A stretch of DNA of 32,322 nucleotides from Alteromonas sp. Its GTDB lineage: Bacteria; Margulisbacteria; Marinamargulisbacteria; UBA6595. Of this stretch, positions 9,312-17,331 are shown one piece after another. Position 1 is the first letter of the stretch. Every line of letters begins with the position of its first letter. The notes below the pieces were generated by a model, which did not search any database, was not told the DNA's origin, and was given only the letters and a program-made list of their open reading frames with translations. The stretch covers positions 1 to 32,322 of the forward strand of contig CAXPTH010000019.1 in assembly GCA_964220215.1 (NCBI GenBank), read 5' to 3'. A program made the translations under genes and the position numbers.

Positions 9312-10681
9312 AGTCCCCAGTCTTTGTTTGTGAAAGCTGCCAAGAACCCTATGCCCGATGGCAGGGGCAATGCAACCAATGTTTAGAATGGAATAGTATT
9401 CAAGAATCCATTACACACACAAAAAAAACCCCCGATCTGTCCCCACCCCCAACACCCATTACAAACATTGCCATTGATATGCCCTTGTTGTATACCCAAA
9501 CACTACCCGAACTGGATCATGTACTGGGCAATGGGTTGGTCATGGGGGCCACAACCTTGTTGGGCGGAGAGCCTGGAATTGGAAAATCAACACTGGCGAT
9601 GCAATTAGCCAAAGTCGTGACCGATAAAAACCAATCGGTTTTGTACATTTCAGCTGAAGAGTCCGCTACTCAATTGGCACTACGCGCGAAACGACTCAAT
9701 TGCTTATCTGAAAAACTTACCGTGTATACCACCCAATCCATGGGAAATATTGTTGAGTACATTCAAAATCAAAAACCACATGTTGTAATTTTAGATTCAA
9801 TTCAAGTGGTCAAGGATTCGGATTTATCTGGGGTTCCGGGGAGTGTGTCGCAAGTTCATCATTGTGCCAATCGGCTGGTATCGGTCACAAAAACCATCGG
9901 ATGCCATAGTGTGATTATTGGGCATATTACCAAAGAAGGGGGGTTGGCCGGGCCTAAAGTATTGGAACATTTGGTCGATATTATTTTATTTTTTGAGGGG
10001 GATCGATACCAATCCCAACGCATTTTACGCTGTTTTAAAAACCGATACGGGTCAACCGAAGAAATTGGTTTATTTACCATGGAAAAAACGGGTTTAATTG
10101 CCAACCGACATCCTGAAAAGTCGTTTTTAGACCGCCCGTTAAAACCCAATCAATCTGGCTCCATGATTGTGCCCATTCAAGAAGGCAGTCGGGTATTCTT
10201 GATTGAAATTCAAGCTCTGGTTGTGTCCTCTGGGTACGGCATGGCTAAACGAACATTTGTCGGCGTGGATCAAAACCGAATTAATGTTTTAATTGCCACA
10301 CTTGAAAAAAACTTATCGATTAAATTATCCAATAAAGACATTTTTGTGACTGTTATTGGGGGGTATAAATTAAACCAGCCGGCTGCTGATTTGGGAATTT
10401 TATTGTCGATTTTATCGGCGTTTTACACATTACCACTCTCTCACTTATTGGGGGTTGTGGGTGAGGTCGATCTAACCGGTCATATTCGCCCAGTCAAACA
10501 ACTGGGAAAATACATACAAGAGTTGGGGAGTTTAGGGTTTCAATATTGCATCACGCCCAACCAAACAAACACCACAGAACATCCGAATCTGACCACTCTC
10601 TCAGCCACTACAATTCAAGACGCTGTTCAACACCTATTGAAAGTATCAAAAAAAAATGGTAAAGTAGCAGAATCTGGTTAA
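9308..10681 (+). CDS. radA: DNA repair protein RadA/Sms
   Basis: C4 zinc finger (CESC...CNQC), GGEPGIGKSTL, KNRYG motif and Lon-like C-terminal domain. TTG start overlaps the clpC stop. Confidence 0.96.
   Translation: MKSPVFVCESCQEPYARWQGQCNQCLEWNSIQESITHTKKTPDLSPPPTPITNIAIDMPLLYTQTLPELDHVLGNGLVMGATTLLGGEPGIGKSTLAMQLAKVVTDKNQSVLYISAEESATQLALRAKRLNCLSEKLTVYTTQSMGNIVEYIQNQKPHVVILDSIQVVKDSDLSGVPGSVSQVHHCANRLVSVTKTIGCHSVIIGHITKEGGLAGPKVLEHLVDIILFFEGDRYQSQRILRCFKNRYGSTEEIGLFTMEKTGLIANRHPEKSFLDRPLKPNQSGSMIVPIQEGSRVFLIEIQALVVSSGYGMAKRTFVGVDQNRINVLIATLEKNLSIKLSNKDIFVTVIGGYKLNQPAADLGILLSILSAFYTLPLSHLLGVVGEVDLTGHIRPVKQLGKYIQELGSLGFQYCITPNQTNTTEHPNLTTLSATTIQDAVQHLLKVSKKNGKVAESG
10637..10665 (+). promoter_or_regulatory. 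Sigma70-type promoter for rpsB-tsf, inside the 3' end of radA
   Basis: TTGAAA-N17-TAAAGT with TG extension (TGgTAAAGT). Confidence 0.6.
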
Positions 10682-10714
10682 TACTACCAATTTAAATAAA
10701 AGGGTAATAATTTT

Positions 10715-11473
10715 ATGGAAAACGAAAAGAAAAAAGCAAAGATTATTGATTTAAGACAGTTACTGGAAACCGGTGCCCATTTTGGTCATCAAACCAACCG
10801 ATGGGATCCTCGCATGAAGCCGTATATTTTTACAGCACGCAATGACATTCATGTGATTGATCTTCAAAAAACCATTAAGCTTATTCGAAAAGCATATCGA
10901 TTTTGCGAAGCATTATCGGCCAAGAATGGAACTATTTTGTTTGTTGGGACTAAAAAACAGGCTCAAGATCCTATTGAACAAGCCGCATTATCTTGTGGTA
11001 TGCCATACATTAACAAGCGATGGTTAGGCGGCGTTTTAACCAACAATGAAACCTTGCAAAGCAGTATTTCAAATCTTGTTAAGTTAGAGCAAATGCAAAG
11101 CGATGGTATTTTAGATACATTGCCCAATAAAGAAAAATCACAAAAAACTAGAAAATTAGAAAAATTACAAAGTTATTTATCCGGAATTAAGAACATGCGC
11201 GGGCTTCCCGATGCTATTGTTGTTGTGGATGTTGTCGCTGAAGACTTGGCTGTTAAAGAAGCGGTTAAATTGGGAATTCCAGTGATCGGCATTGTAGACA
11301 CGAATTCAAATCCCAACCCAGTTACCTATCCAATCCCAGCGAATGATGATGCGGTTAAATCCATTAAACTAATTTTAAATACACTCGCCAATGGTATTCG
11401 AGAAGGGCAAATTCAAAATTACACATCGACTGAAGAAATAGCGACACAAACTGCTGAAGTCGTTAATCAATAA
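10715..11473 (+). CDS. rpsB: 30S ribosomal protein S2
   Basis: GAHFGHQT.RW.P.M, RWLGG.LTN, PANDDA. Confidence 0.99.
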   Translation: MENEKKKAKIIDLRQLLETGAHFGHQTNRWDPRMKPYIFTARNDIHVIDLQKTIKLIRKAYRFCEALSAKNGTILFVGTKKQAQDPIEQAALSCGMPYINKRWLGGVLTNNETLQSSISNLVKLEQMQSDGILDTLPNKEKSQKTRKLEKLQSYLSGIKNMRGLPDAIVVVDVVAEDLAVKEAVKLGIPVIGIVDTNSNPNPVTYPIPANDDAVKSIKLILNTLANGIREGQIQNYTSTEEIATQTAEVVNQ

Positions 11474-11485
11474 AAGGAGTTAACT

Positions 11486-12280
11486 ATGGACGTCACAATG
11501 GCCTTAATTCAAGAACTTCGTCAGAAGACGGGTGTGGGTATTATGGATTGTAAAGAAGCATTAACCGCATCCAACACACTCGAAGACGCTTGTAATTATT
11601 TACGTGAAAAAGGCCTAGCGAAAGCAGTGAAAAAGTCGGATCGAGACGCAACCGCTGGGGGGGTTTTTATTGCAATTAACGCCGATCAGTCGACTGGATT
11701 TATCGTTAAAGTCAATTGTGAAACGGATTTTGTATCTCAAAACGATACGTTTCAGTCGTTTGGCACCGCTGTAGTTCAAGCGGCTTTAGACGCCAATGAA
11801 ACCAATGTGGATGCACTCAGTATCAACGGAACCCCTTTATCAACAGCCTTAACCGATATGGTTGCTAAAACTGGTGAAAACATTCAAATTGATACCATCC
11901 AACACGTTACGGGTAGTCATGTCAGTGGGTATATTCATATGAATGGCACGATTGGGGTATTGGTTGGGTTTGATTCTAAAATCGATGCCGCATTGGGTAA
12001 AGATATTGCTATGCAAGTGGCTGCTGCCAACCCAACGTATATCAACCGAGAGGATGTCCCTCAGTCTGTGCTCGATAGCGAGCGCGATGTACTAAAAAAA
12101 CAGGCGATTGAAAACGGAAAACCTGAAAAAATTATTGATCAAATTGTCAACGGCTTAATTAATAAATACTATGAAGAAAACTGTTTGGTTGACCAAGTGT
12201 TTATTAAAGATCAAAAAGTGTTTATTCGGGATTTACTCAAATCCACGAATGTATCCAGTATGTATCGATTTGCACTGTAA
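11486..12280 (+). CDS. tsf: Elongation factor Ts
   Basis: ELRQKTGVGIMDCKEAL and NCETDFV. AGGAG Shine-Dalgarno. Follows rpsB. Confidence 0.98.
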   Translation: MDVTMALIQELRQKTGVGIMDCKEALTASNTLEDACNYLREKGLAKAVKKSDRDATAGGVFIAINADQSTGFIVKVNCETDFVSQNDTFQSFGTAVVQAALDANETNVDALSINGTPLSTALTDMVAKTGENIQIDTIQHVTGSHVSGYIHMNGTIGVLVGFDSKIDAALGKDIAMQVAAANPTYINREDVPQSVLDSERDVLKKQAIENGKPEKIIDQIVNGLINKYYEENCLVDQVFIKDQKVFIRDLLKSTNVSSMYRFAL

Positions 12281-12597
12281 TGGCCGTTCATACAATTACA
12301 GCGGATACGTTTAATACCACTATTCAATCAAGCACCCCTGTTTTAATCGACTTTTGGGCGGATTGGTGTGGGCCATGTAAAGCACTTGCCCCAACAATTG
12401 AGGACCTGTCTATCGAATTTGATGGGAAGCTGCTCGTGGGTAAATTAAATATCGATGATGCCTCTGATTTGGCTGCTTCGTTGGGACTGACCAGTATCCC
12501 GTGTTGTATTTTATTCAAAGACGGTGTTGAAGTCGATCGAATTATTGGGTATAAGCCAAAATCGGACTTTGTATCCCTGTTAAACGCCAACCTATAA
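12280..12597 (+). CDS. trxA: Thioredoxin
   Basis: WCGPC active site, 105 aa. TAATG overlap with tsf. Confidence 0.96.
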   Translation: MAVHTITADTFNTTIQSSTPVLIDFWADWCGPCKALAPTIEDLSIEFDGKLLVGKLNIDDASDLAASLGLTSIPCCILFKDGVEVDRIIGYKPKSDFVSLLNANL

Positions 12598-12796
12598 CCT
12601 GTGCATAACCTGTTAGTGGCGAAGGGGTAATTGTTCGGGCTACGCCAGTTATTCACATCCTTTTCCCGAAGTTGTTCCACTATAAGTGGTTTGAAACGCA
12701 TTGTTTTTCTGAGTTATCCACAGTTTCAACAGGTCTTACTATGATGATAGTAATTGATATATAAATTTATTATTTCTATATCAATTGGGGATAGTG
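12598..12796. other. Putative chromosomal replication origin (oriC)
   Basis: DnaA boxes TGTGCATAA (12600-12608), TTATTCACA (12649-12657), TTATCCACA (12714-12722) and an abutting degenerate GTTTCAACA (12723-12731). These are followed by GGTC, trio-like TTACTATGATGATAG and an AT-rich tract directly upstream of dnaN. Confidence 0.8.
12752..12786. repeat. 15-bp inverted repeat (1 mismatch) in the AT-rich unwinding tract
   Basis: AATTGATATATAAAT-ttatt-ATTTCTATATCAATT. Confidence 0.8.
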
Positions 12797-12802
12797 TATA
12801 AT
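12797..12802 (+). promoter_or_regulatory. -10 element (TATAAT) 7 nt before the dnaN ATG
   Basis: gtgTATAATaaagcttATG, with no Shine-Dalgarno. Confidence 0.55.
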
Positions 12803-12809
12803 AAAGCTT

Positions 12810-13952
12810 ATGGAGTTTTCATGTAACAGTGAATTGTTTTTTCAAGCGATTTCCCATGTCGGAAAAGCAATATCCAATCAAAACACCATTGATGCCTTGA
12901 ATAACTTTTATATTGAGTTATATGAAAACAAACTGACATTAAGAGGGTATAATTTGACACTGGGGATTGAATCCTCGGTTCCTATTGAGGATTGTACCGT
13001 ATGTGGGCGTGTATTAATTCGTGCTAAGACGTTGCACGATGTTGTTCGGCATTTTGACAACGAAACATTGTATTTTAAATGCGATAACAACCACATGCTG
13101 ACGTTAAAATCCAATCGATTTAGTTTTGACTTGCGGGGGCAATCATGTGAGAACTACCCCGTATTTCCCAGCATGGACAATGGCACACAGTTTAATTTAC
13201 CTTATTCAGTTGTGAAAGATAGCTTATCGCAGGCCTTGTTCGCCGCTAGTCTAGATGAAACACAAGATATTCTGAGTGGTGTTTTATTTAAGCATGAAGC
13301 CGGTCAATTAATGGTTGTTGGGGCGGATGGATTTCGATTAGCCCTAAAACAAATTTCGGCTGATATTCCCGATTTTTACACCATACTCCCGGCAAAATCC
13401 ATGCAGGAATTTAGTAAACTAATTGCCAAACCCGAGGAATCCGATACCGTTAGCATTACCATTACCGAACACCAAGCCCAATTTGTATTGAAAAATACAG
13501 TTTTAGTGACCCGCGTGATGCAGGGAATGTTTCCAGATTATAAAAAAATAAAACCCACCACGTTTGGGTATTCGTTCCAAGTATCCAAGCGCCAATTGCA
13601 AGGATCCTGTGAGCGAGCCAGTATCATTTCAGCCGAAGCCAATGACGTGGTTTCCTTTCGGTTCCACGATGCGGGCATTCATCTAACAGCTAAAGCGAAT
13701 GCGCTGGGTAAATTTGAGGAGACACTATCAGCATCCCTGATTGAATACCCCCAAGCGCCGTTAACCTTAGCTTTTAATATTCGAATGATCTTGGACGGAT
13801 TGCGAGCGATTGAATCGGATGATGTGATTGTATCGTTTAATAGCGCTGAAACCCCATGTTTAATTACACCCGCTGCGGATGAATCCTTTACGTATATTGT
13901 GATGCCGGTTCGTGTGGCATCCAATGTGGTTCAGGAGCCTGTTACCACATAA
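12810..13952 (+). CDS. dnaN: DNA polymerase III beta sliding clamp
   Basis: 380 aa, GADGFRLA, G.FPDY, C-terminal YIVMPVR. Confidence 0.97.
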   Translation: MEFSCNSELFFQAISHVGKAISNQNTIDALNNFYIELYENKLTLRGYNLTLGIESSVPIEDCTVCGRVLIRAKTLHDVVRHFDNETLYFKCDNNHMLTLKSNRFSFDLRGQSCENYPVFPSMDNGTQFNLPYSVVKDSLSQALFAASLDETQDILSGVLFKHEAGQLMVVGADGFRLALKQISADIPDFYTILPAKSMQEFSKLIAKPEESDTVSITITEHQAQFVLKNTVLVTRVMQGMFPDYKKIKPTTFGYSFQVSKRQLQGSCERASIISAEANDVVSFRFHDAGIHLTAKANALGKFEETLSASLIEYPQAPLTLAFNIRMILDGLRAIESDDVIVSFNSAETPCLITPAADESFTYIVMPVRVASNVVQEPVTT

Positions 13953-13957
13953 GTTCG

Positions 13958-14998
13958 GTGCTTCGCCGGCTATTTACCCAACGATGTAGAAATTTATCTG
14001 ACGGGGTTCTAACCTTTGAGTCTCCCCATGGGGCGATACTGATTGGCGATAATAATCAAGGCAAGACAAGTGTGTTGGAATCAATGTATTACTTGGCTAA
14101 TTTTAAATCGTTTTTGCGTAAAACGACACGAAAAACAGTGATTCGGCATGATGCTGATTCGGCTGTTATTGGCGGGGAATTTGAGCATTGCGATATGGTG
14201 TATCAGCGCTATGTTAAACTTGAATCTAATCAACAATGGGTATTTCAAAATCAAGAATTGCTAAAAACCCACACAGCGGCGCATACCCAATTGGGAGCGG
14301 ATTATATTTCAGCGGACACCATTCGATTGTTTTATGACAGTCCCGCGTTTCGTCGCCATCAGCTGGATGTGTGTGTGCAAAAAAAAAATCCAACCATGCG
14401 CACCATTTATCGGCAATACGATCGGGTTATTCAACAAAAAATAGAATCCGTCAAATACGGTCGTGAGTGGCCGGCTGTGTACCACGAACGGTGGCAAACA
14501 TTGGGGACGCGAATTGTCGAGGAACGCCACACCATGCTGAACACATTAAACCAGCACATTCAGCCACTGATTCATCAATTTTCTCAATTGGAACACACAG
14601 CCACTCAGGTCCGGTATATGCCCATTGTATCGGATCTGCATAGCCAACCCAGTACACCCGAACTGTATCGGGTGGGGCCGCATGTGGATGATTGGGGAAT
14701 TTATATTAACGATCAATTGGTGAGTCAGTATTATTCTCGGGGGATTAATCGAATCTTAGCCCTAATTATGGTCAGTTTACAGATTCAATTAACCCAACCA
14801 CCTGGGCAAACCCACCGGTTATTATTGGACGACCCCTTTATTGAACTAGATGCGGGCAATAAGGCGTCTATTATGCAGTACTTATGGAACCAGTTCTATT
14901 GTATTTACGCAACAACGTCTGCGAGTGATCACCCCTCAACATTGCCCCATTTAGATCAGTTTTACATTCAAAATGGGTGTATTAAACCCCATACCTAA
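13958..14998 (+). CDS. recF: DNA replication/repair protein RecF (divergent)
   Basis: Walker A GDNNQGKT, SF..., GPH.DD, Walker B/D-loop LLLDDPFIELD. Follows dnaN. Confidence 0.88.
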   Translation: MLRRLFTQRCRNLSDGVLTFESPHGAILIGDNNQGKTSVLESMYYLANFKSFLRKTTRKTVIRHDADSAVIGGEFEHCDMVYQRYVKLESNQQWVFQNQELLKTHTAAHTQLGADYISADTIRLFYDSPAFRRHQLDVCVQKKNPTMRTIYRQYDRVIQQKIESVKYGREWPAVYHERWQTLGTRIVEERHTMLNTLNQHIQPLIHQFSQLEHTATQVRYMPIVSDLHSQPSTPELYRVGPHVDDWGIYINDQLVSQYYSRGINRILALIMVSLQIQLTQPPGQTHRLLLDDPFIELDAGNKASIMQYLWNQFYCIYATTSASDHPSTLPHLDQFYIQNGCIKPHT

Positions 14999-15026
14999 CC
15001 GGGTGTAAATCGGGTATACTGATAGA

Positions 15027-15503
15027 ATGCACAGCGTATCGGATGTTCTTCTAAAGCAAAAAAAAATTCGGGAAGCCATGAGAAACACCCTGCTTTTGCA
15101 GCAGTGTCGCGACCGCTGGCGGACATTATCCCCCATTTTAGTGAAGCACGCCTCCGTCATTGCTATTCAAGATAACGTGCTAACCTTGGGGGTATACACA
15201 GCGACTTGGAAGCAGGAATTAACCCTGATGACGCCCACATTAATCCAGCGATTTTCACAGTGGTTTCCCGATCTGGTGATTCAAAAAATCCAATTCACAA
15301 TGCTCAAACGGCCCAAAAAACAAAAAAAAACACCGTTGGTGATTAAGGCCAGTACACTAGAAGCCTCGATTCGATATACCCATGAGGCCCGAAAAGCCAG
15401 CGGCCAACACCTGTGCAGGCATTGCCAGTTTACGTATACGCACGCTGAACTTTGCTTGGTTTGTCAATCGAAAAAACAGTATCAGGAGTTGCAAAACCCA
15501 TAA
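15027..15503 (+). CDS. dciA: DUF721/DciA-family helicase-loading protein with C-terminal Zn ribbon
   Basis: W.......HA.......L.LGV....WKQEL pattern, C-terminal CRHC...CLVC, and canonical position after recF. Confidence 0.75.
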   Translation: MHSVSDVLLKQKKIREAMRNTLLLQQCRDRWRTLSPILVKHASVIAIQDNVLTLGVYTATWKQELTLMTPTLIQRFSQWFPDLVIQKIQFTMLKRPKKQKKTPLVIKASTLEASIRYTHEARKASGQHLCRHCQFTYTHAELCLVCQSKKQYQELQNP

Positions 15504-15518
15504 AATCTATGCCATAAT
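15489..15518 (+). promoter_or_regulatory. Promoter for the small basic peptide gene and gatCAB
   Basis: TTGCAA-N18-CATAAT with TG extension. Confidence 0.5.
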
Positions 15519-15563
15519 TAAAGACTATTTTGATCGTTAATAAAAAGTAAAAGTGAGGTGACT

Positions 15564-15653
15564 ATGGGCAGCGTTATTAAAAAAAGAAAAAAGAAGATGA
15601 ACAAACATAAGCATAAAAAATACGGAAAAAAAATGCGAGCATCTAAAAAATGA
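15564..15653 (+). CDS. 29-aa basic peptide, bS22 / AURKAIP1-COX24 (DUF1713) family small ribosomal protein
   Basis: Not in the ORF track. MGSVIKKRKKKMNKHKHKKYGKKMRASKK, matching the actinobacterial bS22 start MGSVIKKR. Strong GAGGTG Shine-Dalgarno and ATGA overlap with gatC. Confidence 0.88.
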   Translation: MGSVIKKRKKKMNKHKHKKYGKKMRASKK

Positions 15654-15931
15654 TCACCCCTGAAGCCATACGAAAGTTAGCCGAACTATCTGCTCTGAGT
15701 GTGTCTTCAGCGGATGAAGCGGTGTATGCTCAGCAATTAACCCAAGTGTTGGATTATATGGATGTTTTGCGTCAGCATACCCCATTGGATGCCCGCATTA
15801 GCTGGCCCATTCACAAAGAAACCCATACCCGATCCGACCATGCCGTGAATTTGAATGGTGAATTACCCCAGGGGTTTCATCGGACCCGTGATGGGTTTCC
15901 GGTTCCTAAAATTTCCACTGCACAATCATGA
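15650..15931 (+). CDS. gatC: Asp/Glu-tRNA amidotransferase subunit C
   Basis: MIT.E.IRKLA.LS.L, R.D, F.VPKI. Precedes gatA. Confidence 0.88.
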   Translation: MITPEAIRKLAELSALSVSSADEAVYAQQLTQVLDYMDVLRQHTPLDARISWPIHKETHTRSDHAVNLNGELPQGFHRTRDGFPVPKISTAQS

Positions 15932-17331
15932 ATACGATTACTAGTTATTTAAATTCGAATCAAGGGTGTCGCGATACTGTTGATTCGATTTTAAATACCA
16001 TTCGATCCGATGAGCATAATGCCGTTGTGGGGACTTATGATCACTTAGCGGCTCAGTTGGCTGATTATTATGATGCGACACAGTCGGATCGCCCATTTGC
16101 CGGTGTTCCAATCGCTATTAAAGATAATTTATGTATTCAAAACGAGTTGGTGACCTGTGGGTCTCAAATTTTATCCGGTTACCATTCCCCGTATACGGCA
16201 ACCGCTGTACAAAAATTATTGGATGCCGGGTTTATTCCTATATGCCGAACCAATATGGACGAGTTTGCCATGGGGTCATCCAATGAGACATCGGTCTACG
16301 GACCGGTCAAAAACCCCGTAAATCCCACCCGAGTACCGGGTGGATCATCAGGAGGATCGGCAGCGGTTGTTGCTGCTAATTTAGTCCCTGCGGCCTTGGG
16401 ATCAGACACCGGGGGGTCGATTCGACAACCTGCCGCATTTTGTGGCATTGTCGGATTAAAGCCGACCTATGGCCGCGTGTCCCGATACGGCTTGGTTGCC
16501 TTTGCGTCGTCGTTGGATCAAATTGGTCCCATGACGCACACGGTATCCGATGCGGCAGCTTTATTTTCTGTGATTGCAGGGCATGATCCATCGGATGCGA
16601 CAACCATTGAAAAACCCGTTCCCAAACTGACGCTGAATACAGAACAATCGATTCAGTCGCTAGCCGGAAAACGCATTGGAGTCCCCACTGCTTTATTATC
16701 GGATTCAGTGATTCATCCAGAAATTATTCAAGCCATTCGAAACGTGTTGGATCAATTAGCCAACGCTGGTGCTGACATTATTGAGCTGGATATGCAATTT
16801 TTTGACGAGGCTGTGGCAACCTATTATATTTTAGCCCCGGCAGAGGCCGCATCGAATCTCAGTCGATTTGATGGGGTTCGCTACGGGTACCGCAATTCTC
16901 AAGCTCAAACCATGCAAACCATGATGCAAACTACCCGGGAAACTGGATTCGGACACGAAGTAAAACGCCGCATTATGTTGGGGAATTATGTATTAAGTTC
17001 TGGGTATTACGATGCGTATTATGGCAAAGCCCAAATCATGCGGGGGGAGCTCTGTCAGCAGTATACAAAAGTGTTCGAATCCGTTGATGCTATTGTATCC
17101 CCAACGACCCCCACAACGGCGTTTGAGTTGGGGGCTCATTTAGACCCCTTGCAGATGTATTTGGCCGATATTGCAACCATACCGGTGAATTTAGCTGGTG
17201 TTCCCGCTATCTCTATTCCCTGTGGGACCGATAGTCAGCAGTTGCCCATTGGGCTTCAAATTACAGGAAACTGGTTTGACGAGGCCGGTTTATTGACAAT
17301 CGCACACGGGATTGAAGGGCTTTTATCATGA
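15928..17331 (+). CDS. gatA: Asp/Glu-tRNA amidotransferase subunit A
   Basis: Amidase signature GGSSGGSA, GSDTGGSIRQPA, EVKRRIMLG.Y.LSSGYYDAYY. Confidence 0.98.
   Translation: MNTITSYLNSNQGCRDTVDSILNTIRSDEHNAVVGTYDHLAAQLADYYDATQSDRPFAGVPIAIKDNLCIQNELVTCGSQILSGYHSPYTATAVQKLLDAGFIPICRTNMDEFAMGSSNETSVYGPVKNPVNPTRVPGGSSGGSAAVVAANLVPAALGSDTGGSIRQPAAFCGIVGLKPTYGRVSRYGLVAFASSLDQIGPMTHTVSDAAALFSVIAGHDPSDATTIEKPVPKLTLNTEQSIQSLAGKRIGVPTALLSDSVIHPEIIQAIRNVLDQLANAGADIIELDMQFFDEAVATYYILAPAEAASNLSRFDGVRYGYRNSQAQTMQTMMQTTRETGFGHEVKRRIMLGNYVLSSGYYDAYYGKAQIMRGELCQQYTKVFESVDAIVSPTTPTTAFELGAHLDPLQMYLADIATIPVNLAGVPAISIPCGTDSQQLPIGLQITGNWFDEAGLLTIAHGIEGLLS

Noticed and set aside
6971..9379. Several antisense ORFs (75-161 aa) within clpC
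   Set aside because: Shadow frames of a conserved gene, with no motifs or start signals.
12324..12701. 125-aa minus-strand ORF spanning trxA and the DnaA-box region
   Set aside because: Antisense to trxA, has no recognisable features and is not a dnaA remnant.
14379..14388. A10 homopolymer in recF as a phase-variation or frameshift site
   Set aside because: The frame is intact (QKKN), and A-runs are common in this sequence.
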